IMG/VR virus record: IMGVR_UViG_3300047560_001295
Coordinates: 1-57,999 of that record
DNA from: a virus
Lineage: Duplodnaviria > Caudoviricetes
Length of the DNA stretch: 57,999 nt
Strand: one strand, 5' to 3'
Shown: positions 1 to 10,308 of the stretch, piece by piece
Layout: each line of letters opens with the position of its first letter
How positions within the stretch are numbered: position 1 is the first letter of the stretch
Made by a program: the position numbers and the translations under genes
Notes under the pieces: model-generated
Told to the model about the DNA's origin: nothing
Database searches by the model: none
What the model saw: only the letters and a program-made list of their open reading frames with translations

Positions 1-889
1 AATTAACAGAAGCTCCAGTAATCGAAGAGGAAATCCCTGTACCGCCAGTTCCTCCCACTCCTCCAGAGCTAGCACTACCAGTCCCACCAGCACCGCCGCC
101 CCCGCCGCCGGATGAGGTTGCTCCAGAACCACCAGCAGAGCCTTGTCCAGCAGTCCCACTTCCGGCTGAGGTCGTAGACCCGCCGCCACCGCCACCGCCC
201 GAGCCTCCCGATGTTCCGTTAGTACTACTATATCCGCCACCCGTACCGCCGCCAATGGATGTTACAGTACCTAAAGAAGAGCTTATTACGCTGTTTGACC
301 CGTTGGAGGAGCTACCTCCAGCGCCAACAGTTATTGTGTAAACCGTTTGGGTATATAAAGTAAAACTTGCCGATTGTAGTACACCACCAGCACCGCCGCC
401 GCCCGCTATACCTCCACCACCGCCCGCGACAACAAGATAGGAACTTGAATATGGCTGCGAGAGGTAGTTTGTATTCCCAATAGCTATATCGACCCAACCT
501 TGCGTCGAATCGACGTAGACCAAAGTAATAGATGCTCTGCTTGTCGAAACAATCGCGTTAACCACACTGCCATTGATCTTCCCGCCATTTGGATTGACCG
601 TAATGTTATTAGAAGCGGCTGTGCCAGCATAATCGAACACATTGATCTGTTGGCCGGGGGTAGGGGATGCCGGAAGCGTTACCGTTACCGGACCAGTAGT
701 CGTATTGACGGGGTAACTATTCCAAGCGGCAGCAGTAAAGTTCGCTGTTTGAACAGAAGCCTGTTTGAAAGCCAGCACTATGGCCCCATCGACCGACGGT
801 ACAGAAACGGTTGAGTTTACTGCGGTATCTGTACCGGTGAGAGTGGTTGATCCACCAGACGGCAGTAAGAACTTAACAGCCCCGCTCAT
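1..889 (-). CDS. Glycine-rich virion/fibre protein, 5' part; runs off the left edge and resumes at 57999..57761
   Basis: Hand-translated, not in the ORF track. ATG at 889 overlaps the TGA of the upstream gene. The frame MSGAVKFLLPSGG...[19 protein letters not shown]...[12 protein letters not shown] is open to base 1 and is a paralog of 1254..2492. Confidence 0.85.
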   Translation of the reverse strand, partial: MSGAVKFLLPSGGSTTLTGTDTAVNSTVSVPSVDGAIVLAFKQASVQTANFTAAAWNSYPVNTTTGPVTVTLPASPTPGQQINVFDYAGTAASNNITVNPNGGKINGSVVNAIVSTSRASITLVYVDSTQGWVDIAIGNTNYLSQPYSSSYLVVAGGGGGIAGGGGAGGVLQSASFTLYTQTVYTITVGAGGSSSNGSNSVISSSLGTVTSIGGGTGGGYSSTNGTSGGSGGGGGGGSTTSAGSGTAGQGSAGGSGATSSGGGGGGAGGTGSASSGGVGGTGGTGISSSITGASVN

Positions 890-1257
890 TGTTCAACCCA
901 AGTCAGTGTCGATTCGTCCCACGCGTAGTGTTTTCCGTCCTCGGGATAAGCTACAGGTGCTTCCCACAACCAAGTCGTTTCGTTCAATGTCCAGCTTGGA
1001 AAAGGTCTTGGCGGGTAAAAGACATCATTAGTGTGGTCATAAGTGAAACCAATGCCAGCGTAATTACCTCGAAGAGCTTTACTTTGGTCAGCTGACGGTT
1101 CTCCGGTTTCAGTACTATAGTGAACATTTCCGCGAGTATTGTACGATGTTTGAATCCATGTGCCGGGGGAAGAATCGATGAAAGATTCAAAGAATTCTGC
1201 TTCAGCGACAATGACTTGAATGACTTTTCCGTCGAGGACTTTTGCGTAATGGCTCAT
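886..1257 (-). CDS. Conserved phage protein, possibly a fibre assembly/chaperone protein
   Basis: 123 aa, Trp/Pro-rich (WIQTSYN, RGNYAGIG, PFPSW). Coupled by ATGA overlaps between two glycine-rich paralogs. Confidence 0.7.
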   Translation of the reverse strand: MSHYAKVLDGKVIQVIVAEAEFFESFIDSSPGTWIQTSYNTRGNVHYSTETGEPSADQSKALRGNYAGIGFTYDHTNDVFYPPRPFPSWTLNETTWLWEAPVAYPEDGKHYAWDESTLTWVEQ

Positions 1258-2492
1258 GCTGTGTAGCTCCCTGAAGAAGTGAACTTAATAATGGTGTTTG
1301 AACCAGAGGTTGTAACCGTCGGGGAACCTGTGGTTATTCCTGAGTAAGCGATTGTTGGTACAGAGAGGATGACGACACCCGAGCCGCCTGAACCTCCGGC
1401 CATGGATGATTGGACAGCTGCCCCACCACCGCCACCTGTGTTCGCTGTTCCATTATTTCCGGCAGTACCGCCGCCGCCACCACTACCGCTACCACCACCA
1501 GAAGCGGTGCCGCCACCGCCGCAATAATAAACCGCAGATCCAGTAATGGAACTTGAAATTCCGACGCCACCGTAAGCAGTTGCCCCCGAACCACCGGCAC
1601 CACCGGCACCGCCACCACCACCACCAGTGCGGTAAGTAACATTGTCCGATGATCCAGCCCCGCCGCTATTGCCTTGTCCACTTGTACCTGAACCTCCAGC
1701 TGACGCGCCTCCATTGGAGCATCCACCACCACCACCAGACCCACCGCTGCCGCCTGCTTGATTGGTTGAACCTGCTCCACCATAGCCTCCAGCTAAAGCG
1801 GTTAAACTCAAGCCTGTTGTGTTATTACCGGGACTTCCATTATTACCATTACCTGCACCGACGCTACCACCAGCACCAACTACAAAAGAATAATTAGTAC
1901 CAACAGAAAGGGTCGATGTCCCAGTCAACAATCCGCCTGCGCCACCCGCACCGCCGGAGCCACTACTATAACTAGCACCACCACCCCCACCAGCCGCGAT
2001 GAGATATGAAATTGAATAAGCTTGCGGGAGATATGTGGCATTCCCGATTGCGACATCAACCCATCCTTGAGTCGCATCAGCATAAGCTAAAGTCACTGAT
2101 GCGCGGACCGCTGAAACAGTCGCAATAGCACCAGAGCCATGGATCTTACTACCGTTCGGATTGATCGTAATGTTATTGGTCGCAGCCGTTCCCGCATAGT
2201 CGAACACATTGATCTGTTGGCCGGGGGTAGGGGATGCAGGGAGTGTAACAGTAACAGCACCTGAGGCCGTATTGACCGGATAGGAATTTCCCGCAACCGC
2301 TGTAAAATTTGCCGTCTGAACCGATTGAAGTAGTAAATTGCCGCCTGACACCCAAGCAGAACCGTTCCACGTTTCAACACTGGCTATGGTACTGTTGTAT
2401 CCTTGTTGTCCCGGAGTTGGAGATGCCGGACGCGTAGCCGTAGTCCAAGTAGCATTTCCAATCCCGTTAGTACCGGAAAGCGTCAGTGTCAT
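1254..2492 (-). CDS. Glycine-rich virion/fibre protein
   Basis: 412 aa with many GGGG runs and C-terminal [10 protein letters not shown]...[12 protein letters not shown], located in the structural operon. Confidence 0.8.
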   Translation of the reverse strand: MTLTLSGTNGIGNATWTTATRPASPTPGQQGYNSTIASVETWNGSAWVSGGNLLLQSVQTANFTAVAGNSYPVNTASGAVTVTLPASPTPGQQINVFDYAGTAATNNITINPNGSKIHGSGAIATVSAVRASVTLAYADATQGWVDVAIGNATYLPQAYSISYLIAAGGGGGASYSSGSGGAGGAGGLLTGTSTLSVGTNYSFVVGAGGSVGAGNGNNGSPGNNTTGLSLTALAGGYGGAGSTNQAGGSGGSGGGGGCSNGGASAGGSGTSGQGNSGGAGSSDNVTYRTGGGGGGAGGAGGSGATAYGGVGISSSITGSAVYYCGGGGTASGGGSGSGGGGGTAGNNGTANTGGGGGAAVQSSMAGGSGGSGVVILSVPTIAYSGITTGSPTVTTSGSNTIIKFTSSGSYTA

Positions 2493-5044
2493 AAGATCAC
2501 CCAGATAGAATTAGCGGCTATAGTCACGGTTACCCCATCAGCGATACTTATTGGCCCGGCTGACATAGCGTTATTGCCGGAGGCTATGGTGCAATTGCTG
2601 GTTATTGTATTCGCGTTAACCACAATACCATTTGAAGCCGTTAATTGAGGTGCTACCAATTCGCCAGTTAATGGTGTGTATTTAAGTTTCGCCAGATTGA
2701 TTTTACTGGTGGAAACAGGCCCAGTTGCTCCAACAAATACTGGATACAGCGCTGTCGCTGTTGAATTGTCATCAGAGACTGTCGAGTATAACCCCGTGGG
2801 TCCGGTCGCCCCGGCTGGGCCAGTCGCGCCAACCGGTCCTGTTGCTCCTGTTAATCCAGTAGGTCCTGTAGCACCAGTAAGCCCAGTAGGTCCAGTCGCA
2901 CCAGCTGGCCCCACAGAACCTGTAAGTCCAGTAGGCCCTGTTGCCCCGGTTAATCCGGTCGCTCCGACTGGGCCAGTCGCGCCGATAGGACCGGTTGCGC
3001 CGATAGGACCGGTTGCTCCAGTTGCGCCAGTAGGCCCAAGCTGCGTGTAAAGAACTTGTTGAACTGAAACTATAACGCCCGGCGCCACCGGCCCAACACT
3101 CGGTGTTACTGTGGGAATACGGATTGCGGTATTGTCCGTTGCCCACATTAACTGAATGTAATCCCCGGCCAATAACTGCAACGTCATCGGTACTGTAACG
3201 ATTACAAATCCCGGAACACCACCATGCGAGTTTGGAACTGATACATCACTACTGCTGTCTGCGATATCTCCGGTCGCTCCAGTATCGTTTTTACGGAACC
3301 ACAGTAACCCATTGTGGATTTGAGTGTCCGTATTTTCGAACATTACGGATGCATTAATCGTATAGATACCGGCGTTTGCAAAAGTAATACGATTACTCGA
3401 CACAATAGAAACACCATTGCTGTTTGGGTCGGTGTTGCTAATGTTTATCGAATAAGCTGTATTTGTTGCTGCTGCCGATTGGTTTGTTGTATCGTAAAAA
3501 GCACCCCAATAACCATACGCACCACCAGCTCCGGTAGGACCCGTAGCCCCGGTGGCGCCCGTAACACCGACTCCAGTTGGACCGGTAACGCCAGTGGGTC
3601 CAGTAGGCCCAGCAATTCCTTGAGGCCCTGTGGCCCCGATAGGGCCTGTGGCTCCAGCCGGCCCGGTGGCTCCGGTTAAACCGGTGGCCCCAGTTAAACC
3701 TGTAGCCCCGACAGGTCCTGTTGCACCAACAGGCCCAGTTGCGCCAACATCTCCCTGAATTCCTTGCGGACCAGTAGCTCCCGTTAATCCGGTTGGCCCG
3801 GTAGCACCAACGTCTCCCTGTGGGCCTGTAGCCCCTGTTAATCCGGTAGGGCCGGTAGCTCCGACGGGACCTTGCGGGCCGGTAGGGCCAGTTGCACCAA
3901 CATCACCCTGTATACCTTGAGGCCCCGTAGCGCCGACAGGGCCTGTTGCACCGGTAGGTCCATCAACACCCTGCGCACCGGATGGGCCAGTCGGGCCGAT
4001 ATCACCTTGCGGACCCGTCGCCCCGGTCGGCCCATCTAATCCAGCCGGGCCAGTAGCTCCAGCTGGCCCAGTAGGCCCGACGATACTACCGACGTCATCC
4101 CACGCTAATCCAGTCCAGACCCAAAGATGACCGGTATCAGAAGTGATATAGCCATCGCCGGGTAGATTTCCGACAGTTGGTAAATCACTAGATGTTGGAA
4201 CTGAACCTTTGATTGTTATTGAAGTCCCTTGTGGGCCGGTAGCGCCCGTAGGCCCTGTGGGGCCGGTCGACCCCGACGGACCTGTTGCACCGGTAGCGCC
4301 TGTTGCACCTGATGGACCAGTCGGGCCTACGTCACCGGCGATTCCGGATGGGCCAGTAGCACCTGCGGGTCCTACGTCTCCTTGTGGGCCAGATGGGCCA
4401 GTAGCCCCGACGGCGCCCTGTAAACCACTAGGCCCAGTAGCTCCAATAGCTCCTTCAGGTCCTGTGGGACCTTGAACCCCGGATGGACCGGTTGCGCCAA
4501 CATCTCCCTGTAAGCCCTGTGGTCCAGTTGCTCCAACATCTCCCTGTGGTCCTGTTGCTCCAACATTACCTTGAATCCCTTGTGGACCGGTTGAACCAGT
4601 TGGCCCAATTTCGCCGATAGGACCCGTAGCGCCGGATGGACCGCTTGGACCAATGGGGCCTGTCGCACCACTGGGACCGGTAGGACCTATCTCACCCTGA
4701 ATCCCACTGGGTCCGGTAGCCCCAGTAGGTCCAGCTGGTCCATCGTTACCCTGCGGGCCGGTCGGACCAGTCGGCCCCGGAATCGTCGAAGCAGGCCCTG
4801 TGGGTCCTCGAACGTTGCCTGCGTCAAAAAGAACCCCATCATTACGCTCGATGTAAAGGTCATCGCCTTCGACGTAAGCATTTTGAATACCAGTTTCCAG
4901 CGCTAAAGCGGCAGAGGCCGCGGCTTGTTCCGCATATACTTTAGCCGCTAGTGCTCCGCCGAGGTCTTCAGCTCCGACAATAACGACAGCGGTTCTATAT
5001 TCTGGGAATACATCGACAGTATAAAGCGGAGTAACTTCAATCAT
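2489..5044 (-). CDS. Collagen-like fibre protein (GPT/GAT repeats)
   Basis: 851 aa with long Gly-X-Y tracts interrupted by globular modules. Confidence 0.9.
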   Translation of the reverse strand: MIEVTPLYTVDVFPEYRTAVVIVGAEDLGGALAAKVYAEQAAASAALALETGIQNAYVEGDDLYIERNDGVLFDAGNVRGPTGPASTIPGPTGPTGPQGNDGPAGPTGATGPSGIQGEIGPTGPSGATGPIGPSGPSGATGPIGEIGPTGSTGPQGIQGNVGATGPQGDVGATGPQGLQGDVGATGPSGVQGPTGPEGAIGATGPSGLQGAVGATGPSGPQGDVGPAGATGPSGIAGDVGPTGPSGATGATGATGPSGSTGPTGPTGATGPQGTSITIKGSVPTSSDLPTVGNLPGDGYITSDTGHLWVWTGLAWDDVGSIVGPTGPAGATGPAGLDGPTGATGPQGDIGPTGPSGAQGVDGPTGATGPVGATGPQGIQGDVGATGPTGPQGPVGATGPTGLTGATGPQGDVGATGPTGLTGATGPQGIQGDVGATGPVGATGPVGATGLTGATGLTGATGPAGATGPIGATGPQGIAGPTGPTGVTGPTGVGVTGATGATGPTGAGGAYGYWGAFYDTTNQSAAATNTAYSINISNTDPNSNGVSIVSSNRITFANAGIYTINASVMFENTDTQIHNGLLWFRKNDTGATGDIADSSSDVSVPNSHGGVPGFVIVTVPMTLQLLAGDYIQLMWATDNTAIRIPTVTPSVGPVAPGVIVSVQQVLYTQLGPTGATGATGPIGATGPIGATGPVGATGLTGATGPTGLTGSVGPAGATGPTGLTGATGPTGLTGATGPVGATGPAGATGPTGLYSTVSDDNSTATALYPVFVGATGPVSTSKINLAKLKYTPLTGELVAPQLTASNGIVVNANTITSNCTIASGNNAMSAGPISIADGVTVTIAANSIWVIL

Positions 5045-5444
5045 GCGTTTCCCCAGTCTCTACCGGAAGCACTACAGTCTGAGAACTAACAATCTGACCG
5101 TCAATAAAGAACTTGATATCCATGTGGCAAAACTCAGAGGGCCAGTCCATGGTGTCGACTGGTGCCGCAGACAAAGTAAAAGTGCCCGGGCTTGACGTCT
5201 GGTCTCCTTTAACCACAGTAAGTTCTTGGACCAATTCCCCGGCCATCGAGCGGATCATCGAGCGGATGAGAACTCCCGTCAGATTTTCAGGTACGCCAGA
5301 GGAGTCCTTTTTAATGCAACCAAGAAGAAAGGTGTCCCCAATCTTAAAAGGTGGCAGTTCTGGAAAGTTATCTGTACCGAGGTACTCTTGACGCATTGTC
5401 ATTTCGGTCCATGCTCTCGCAAATAGCTTCGTAAAATCCCTCAC
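5037..5444 (-). CDS. Small beta-rich structural protein, possible fibre adaptor (start uncertain)
   Basis: GDTF...NLTG...RSMIR...DIKF pattern; overlaps the collagen gene start. Confidence 0.55.
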   Translation of the reverse strand: MRDFTKLFARAWTEMTMRQEYLGTDNFPELPPFKIGDTFLLGCIKKDSSGVPENLTGVLIRSMIRSMAGELVQELTVVKGDQTSSPGTFTLSAAPVDTMDWPSEFCHMDIKFFIDGQIVSSQTVVLPVETGETHD

Positions 5445-5766
5445 CGAACTTCGGATACGGGTCCAGATGCCGAACTAAAAAATGGTTGCCATTCAAAATA
5501 ATAACATCCGGTTGGTATCCCGGAACCTGCCCGTGCAGAGGAAATTTCGTAATAAAAGAAATGGTGCTCGTCATAACTTCGAAATCATCATGTCTTTCAA
5601 GGTCATTCGGATGGTCTCTGGTTTGGACCCCGATGACGTTGTGGTAAGCTGTTTCCTTCAGTTGGGAACGGCCGTGTTCGTCGATGATTTCCTGACGGCG
5701 AATTACGGTAACTCGAGTAGCAAAATCCGGATCAAGTAAAACATCCGAAACATTTAACAGTGGCAT
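5368..5766 (-). CDS. Head closure / head-tail joining protein
   Basis: MPLLNVSDVLLDPDF N-terminus; position after the neck gene. Confidence 0.65.
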   Translation of the reverse strand: MPLLNVSDVLLDPDFATRVTVIRRQEIIDEHGRSQLKETAYHNVIGVQTRDHPNDLERHDDFEVMTSTISFITKFPLHGQVPGYQPDVIILNGNHFLVRHLDPYPKFGEGFYEAICESMDRNDNASRVPRYR

Positions 5767-6317
5767 CAGCGTTTCCGGATAACGTAATTGATACTATTTC
5801 TAAGCTGACCAGTTTGAATAAGAGGTTTCGCTGTTGCAGTTGAAGGTTCGTTTCCTTCTGCCCGACTTTCGAGTTCAGCTTTCGCCCCTTTTGCAGCTTT
5901 TCCTGATCTAATTCGTGCTTTTAACGTAGAATCAGCGAGCGGCGGTGGAATACCTTGGTTAATTATAGCGCGGATGCTCCGCTGGGCAATGAGCCCGGCT
6001 TCGTGGAGGGCGATATTTAAGGCGTCGGAGTTTCCATCTAAAGCTCTTAGAGCCCCGCGGAGAAAAGCTTTTGCCACGGAGGCCTTAGCCGCCTGAATGC
6101 CGGGCCTCATAAATGGTCGAGCTGGGATATTAGCTGCGGGTGACCCATTGTCATGAATATAAGCTAATGTCGCGTTATTCATTTCCCGCGAACCAACTTC
6201 TTTACGGTCTGCCGTTTCTTGTGGTACACCAACTAAAACATCAGCCGATGCCAGCTCTTTAAGCTGTTTCATCAGCTGAGGTAAATTATCCGTCACCTTT
6301 TCGAGTGACGTAGCCAT
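5766..6317 (-). CDS. Neck / tail completion protein
   Basis: IHDNG...NIPARPFMRP and KPLIQTGQLRNSI motifs; start reassigned to MATSLEK. Confidence 0.7.
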   Translation of the reverse strand: MATSLEKVTDNLPQLMKQLKELASADVLVGVPQETADRKEVGSREMNNATLAYIHDNGSPAANIPARPFMRPGIQAAKASVAKAFLRGALRALDGNSDALNIALHEAGLIAQRSIRAIINQGIPPPLADSTLKARIRSGKAAKGAKAELESRAEGNEPSTATAKPLIQTGQLRNSINYVIRKR

Positions 6318-6318
6318 A

Positions 6319-6792
6319 TTAGTTTCCGAAAGTGGTGAACCCGGGCATGGTGTCTGGACCGGGCCATGCCGGGCCATTTAATGGAGGTGTATACCCAGCA
6401 CCGAGTTGAATAGGACCGGTCCCGAAAATGTTGACCATCCAAATGAATCGCGTTCCGTAATTGGTCAGATTCCAGTGACCAGCTCCCGGTTCCGTTCCAG
6501 CCCCGGTATCGTAGCTGATAGATACTTTGTCCACAGACTTACTAGAGACGGGTCCGCCGACTCCCATACCGGGAATACCGCCTGAGCTGGACTCCAGCAG
6601 GCTTCGAGCTTCGAGCGCGATAAAATGAGCGGTGAACAAGGAAGCGCCCATATCAATTTCATTCATCCAGCGGCCGGGATTAAGCATCCGGTAGGCGAAG
6701 TTGAGCCAGAACTGAATTCCAGAGGTCGGATACGTCAGAGTATTCGAAAACTCTGGAAAATTGATCCTAAACTGTTCTACCGTCAGGGCCAT
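6319..6792 (-). CDS. Head-tail adaptor (DUF4054-like)
   Basis: FRINFPEF...SKSVDKVSISY...WNLTNYG motifs. Confidence 0.75.
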   Translation of the reverse strand: MALTVEQFRINFPEFSNTLTYPTSGIQFWLNFAYRMLNPGRWMNEIDMGASLFTAHFIALEARSLLESSSGGIPGMGVGGPVSSKSVDKVSISYDTGAGTEPGAGHWNLTNYGTRFIWMVNIFGTGPIQLGAGYTPPLNGPAWPGPDTMPGFTTFGN

Positions 6793-6805
6793 TGGATGCT
6801 CCTAT

Positions 6806-7414
6806 TTAAATGGTTTCCTTACCAGCATTAGCCATAGCCTGTTCAAAGGTTTCGAATGCTGGAGCTAGGCTTTTCAGAGCGGCTTTCAGTTTCTCGTCGG
6901 TGAGCTTACCTTCGAGACTTTCGGCGGCATGCTCAAGCTCTTCGAACTGAATCTGAAGGTGGGCCAAAAGAGCTCGAAAAGTAGCCACTTCTGAATCGGC
7001 ATCCTTGCTTTTGTAATCCGGAAAAGGGTCTACAAAAGTCTTGATTCTATCTCGATCGACGGGCTGTGTATGCCCATCTGGAAATTCAACATTGTATAGA
7101 TTAGATCCCTGATAGGTCTTGACCTTAATCCTTGTCCCAGCCGGATATGAACCTCCACCGACTTTAGGAACGGTGCGGATAAGCATGGCCACAGTGTCAG
7201 CATCTTTTACACCAAGGCTTTTCAATTCGCCGCGAAGCTGTTTCAGCTTTTCGGCCGTCTTTGCTTTTTCCTGAAGCGGAGCACTGCCAGTGTAAGCGTT
7301 CATCCGGCCTTCGAGGCGTTTGATCTCTGCCTTGACTTGAGAAATACGGTTCTCAGATGAATTAGCATCACGCGCTTTACGAAGACGAAGATGGATGTGG
7401 ACATGCTTAGTCAT
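6806..7414 (-). CDS. Hypothetical modular protein, putative internal virion cargo polyprotein
   Basis: KHVHIH leader and three [KR]DA motifs separating three segments; located in the head module. Confidence 0.6.
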   Translation of the reverse strand: MTKHVHIHLRLRKARDANSSENRISQVKAEIKRLEGRMNAYTGSAPLQEKAKTAEKLKQLRGELKSLGVKDADTVAMLIRTVPKVGGGSYPAGTRIKVKTYQGSNLYNVEFPDGHTQPVDRDRIKTFVDPFPDYKSKDADSEVATFRALLAHLQIQFEELEHAAESLEGKLTDEKLKAALKSLAPAFETFEQAMANAGKETI

Positions 7415-7416
7415 GA

Positions 7417-7635
7417 TTAAACCTTTTTAGAAAGAACTTGCATCATACGCATGTAAATGCCCGGGCCGCGGAAATCTCCACCAATCTTGTAGGCTTCCTG
7501 CTTTACCTTACGGGCAAAAGCTTCGCATTCAGATTTGAGCTGAGCTTCACGGGTCTTTTCATCTGGACTAATAGTACCATCTGGATTTGCATCCTTTCCC
7601 CGGCCTTTCAGATAAACATGAATGTGCTTTGCCAT
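7417..7635 (-). CDS. Small hypothetical protein with HxHxY leader
   Basis: Likely start [16 protein letters not shown] at 7635, overlapping the upstream TAA. Confidence 0.65.
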   Translation of the reverse strand: MAKHIHVYLKGRGKDANPDGTISPDEKTREAQLKSECEAFARKVKQEAYKIGGDFRGPGIYMRMMQVLSKKV

Positions 7636-7856
7636 TATTCGTCCCCGTAACAATGAGAATTAGCTTCCAGCTCAGCCTGACTCACCTGAGACGGGAGAGT
7701 ATCCAATTTCCCCATTTCATATTCAGGAATTGCGTCATTTGCTCGCTGGGTAGCGTAACCAATAGCCGCCGCCTGCTTCGGGTCTTTCCCGTGCTCAATT
7801 TCGGTGGCGATATTCTTTTGCAGGGCTTCTTCCGAAGCAGACTGAATTAGCGGCAT
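7635..7856 (-). CDS. Small head-module phage protein
   Basis: MPL...[18 protein letters not shown] resembles a recurrent small phage protein; coupled to both neighbours. Confidence 0.65.
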   Translation of the reverse strand: MPLIQSASEEALQKNIATEIEHGKDPKQAAAIGYATQRANDAIPEYEMGKLDTLPSQVSQAELEANSHCYGDE

Positions 7857-8377
7857 TAGAAACTCCCAAGCTGTTCTGAAGCGTTTTTAAGGGCATCCCG
7901 TGCCTTGGTCAGTGCTGCAGTCTGTTCTTTGGTTAAATCGCTAAGCTTTTCCAACAAAGCGCCAAGCTCCAGCTGAGCGGAATTAGCCTTCGCCTTGATA
8001 GAGTCAAGAGCTTGCTTAGCCGGGAAACCGGTTACAGAAGCCGTATCCGGAACACCAACAATCACGGTACCACAAGCCTTACTGTACCAGCTTTCGGCGT
8101 GAGCTCTTGGCATAACTACATTGCCCGGCATATAAGTAACCCGACGATGATGGTCAAGACTAATAGTATAACGCTGAGTGACTTTCGCCACCACTAAATC
8201 TTCAGCCGGACTTTCGGTGGTATCTTCAGAAACGGAATCATCCGTTTCGGTCTCTGGTACAACCGGTTCTTCTGCGGCCGGAACTGGGGTTTCTTCTACG
8301 ATCGGGGCGGAGGTGGCTTCTTCTGCAGGTGCCTGTGCTGGAGCCTGCCACGGGGCGTCTTTCTTAGCCATGTTCAA
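7856..8377 (-). CDS. Hypothetical head-associated protein
   Basis: Acidic Pro/Ala-rich N-terminus and helical C-terminus; lies downstream of the capsid gene. Confidence 0.65.
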   Translation of the reverse strand: MNMAKKDAPWQAPAQAPAEEATSAPIVEETPVPAAEEPVVPETETDDSVSEDTTESPAEDLVVAKVTQRYTISLDHHRRVTYMPGNVVMPRAHAESWYSKACGTVIVGVPDTASVTGFPAKQALDSIKAKANSAQLELGALLEKLSDLTKEQTAALTKARDALKNASEQLGSF

Positions 8378-9117
8378 TCCTCTAGTTTAGGTTTCTTAAT
8401 CATACCGTAGACCCAGCCATCTGGTAAGGGTTCCCCGGCTTTCAGTTGCTTCATCTCGATTCCATCGTTAATAAATCGAGACCCCAGCTTTTTTGCGGAA
8501 GCAGTTGGGAGTTTGGTCCCTGTGTGTGCTTCTCGCATCCGTTCTTTCGTTTCTTCGGAAAACGGTGTTCTTTTCTTTCCCAGTTTAGCCTGTCGAATTT
8601 TCTCATTTCGGGCGGCTATCTGTTCTTGGGTTAAATTCTGATGTGGGTCTATTCCCCGCTTTGCTAAACCAGCCGCTTTAACCTTTTCTGAATTACGCAA
8701 CGATTCACTTAATTTGCGCCTAACTTCTTCTGAATGCGGGATTCCTTTACGATACTGGTTACCGAGGTTTTGACCCCGAAGGCTGGCGGCTATTCGGTCT
8801 CGAACTTCTTGGGTAGGATTGACTAAGCCATCACCACCAATAGTTCCGTTGACCACAGTATCGGCGTAATGCTCAATCCAATACTGTTCGCGTTCTTGCC
8901 AGTTCTCCTCAGAGACTTCCTCAAGAATCAATATCCCCGGACGAATCCCATCGTCCGTTAAACTGTTGAGCCAATGATGACGGTGGCTCTTTCTCTTTTT
9001 CTTCGCCTCGGTCAAATGTTGAATGAGACGAAATTCCGCAGTGTACTGGGTGTATCCGACATAGCGGATCACGTTCGGTTCAATACGCGGATCAAACAAT
9101 CCGTAGATAATCGCCAT
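8374..9117 (-). mobile_element. Free-standing GIY-YIG homing endonuclease with NUMOD3-like repeats
   Basis: IIYGLFDPR...RYVGYT and EREQYWI motifs; repeats HSEEVRRKLSES and FSEETKERMREAH. Confidence 0.85.
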
Positions 9118-9123
9118 TTGGGG

Positions 9124-9154
9124 AATCTCCCTGCTTGTTTAGAACAGGGAGATT
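9124..9154 (-). promoter_or_regulatory. Hairpin sequestering the endonuclease ribosome-binding site
   Basis: Perfect 10-bp stem AATCTCCCTG/CAGGGAGATT; the GGGAG Shine-Dalgarno lies in the arm next to the ATG at 9117. Confidence 0.65.
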
Positions 9155-9187
9155 TTACCTTAGGCCCTAACGGCTTTTCAACCGTTA

Positions 9188-10294
9188 TTATAACCCATCG
9201 AAGTAGCCCAAAAGTTCCGGGTACACGATTTCCACAGCACCGAGCTTACAGAAGTAAGTGGTCTTGTGGAAAATGGAATCGTACTGTACCGGGGTGCGGT
9301 TCAGCAGGGTCATCGGGAAGCGAACGCGATCCCGTTCCTGCTTGTAAACTACAGCTCGGTCAACAGTACCGGCTACGCCCAGCGTACCGCCTGCACCTGC
9401 ACCGACGAGCCACTTGACCGGCTTGATGTCCAGTTCCTTACCTTCAGAACGGGTAAAGAGGTTGTTCTCAAGGATGTACTTGAGGATGGACACGTTACCA
9501 GCGTTCGAGACTTTCTGGGTAGCGATGTAACCGTACTGAGCCGGCGGAAGCAGGATCTTGTCAGAGATGACAGCCCAACCTGAAGCAGTCCAAGTGCTAA
9601 CGAGCATTTCGTTAACATCAGCGAGGATTTCGTCAGGAGTCTTCTTGGTCCACTGAGAGAAACCGCTGATACCGTCTGGGAGGCTGGTCTGCGTACCGTA
9701 CTGGGCTACCAGCGGGTTGTTGACCAGACCATACAGACCAAGGCTAGTATCACCGATATAAACCTGTTCGTCGATGTCCATCTGATGCTTCAGCTGGAGA
9801 GCTTCAAACTTCTGCTGGTCGATCGGACGGCCGAGCTTTGCAGCTGATTCCAATTCGAAGAGGGTGTAAGCCAGCTCATTACCCCAAGGAGTAAGCGGGT
9901 TTGCAATCTTCGCGATGTCGATAGAAGTGCCGGGAACCTGATTTGATTTACGGCCGATCCATGACTTACCGTTACCCACAGCCTGACCGTCTCCGAGGCC
10001 ACCGGCTGAAGCAAAGCTTGAAACGGTGAAGCTGGAAACGTCGTCAGCAATGGTCACATCGTCACGGAGGTCGATATCTCGGCCCCAAGTGACAGCCGCA
10101 AGCGGCTTGTGAAGGGTAAGATCCAAACGCTCCAGTTCACCGACGAGGAATGCACCAGTTGAGTCAACGGTGCGACCATCGTGGGTCTGGAAATTGGTGC
10201 CGAGCAGTCGGCCCCGTTCGGTGCCGGCCTGATCGATAACCTGCTTGCCAGCGGCATCGAAGGTCATCATATCACGAGTCTTCATTCTTTTCAT
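9188..10294 (-). CDS. Major capsid protein (DUF2184-like)
   Basis: 368 aa with GAFLVGELERLD, YGLVN and TPDEILADVN motifs; follows the protease and decoration genes. Confidence 0.9.
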   Translation of the reverse strand: MKRMKTRDMMTFDAAGKQVIDQAGTERGRLLGTNFQTHDGRTVDSTGAFLVGELERLDLTLHKPLAAVTWGRDIDLRDDVTIADDVSSFTVSSFASAGGLGDGQAVGNGKSWIGRKSNQVPGTSIDIAKIANPLTPWGNELAYTLFELESAAKLGRPIDQQKFEALQLKHQMDIDEQVYIGDTSLGLYGLVNNPLVAQYGTQTSLPDGISGFSQWTKKTPDEILADVNEMLVSTWTASGWAVISDKILLPPAQYGYIATQKVSNAGNVSILKYILENNLFTRSEGKELDIKPVKWLVGAGAGGTLGVAGTVDRAVVYKQERDRVRFPMTLLNRTPVQYDSIFHKTTYFCKLGAVEIVYPELLGYFDGL

Positions 10295-10308
10295 CTGTTG
10301 ATTACCTC

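Noticed and set aside
2676-4475. Plus-strand PVGPVAP ORFs (also 56236..56685)
   Set aside because: Antisense shadows of the collagen codon repeats.
8374-9187. Group I intron around the GIY-YIG gene, suggested by the GNRA hairpin
   Set aside because: The capsid ORF ends intact and the endonuclease stop overlaps the next gene, leaving no room for an intron core.
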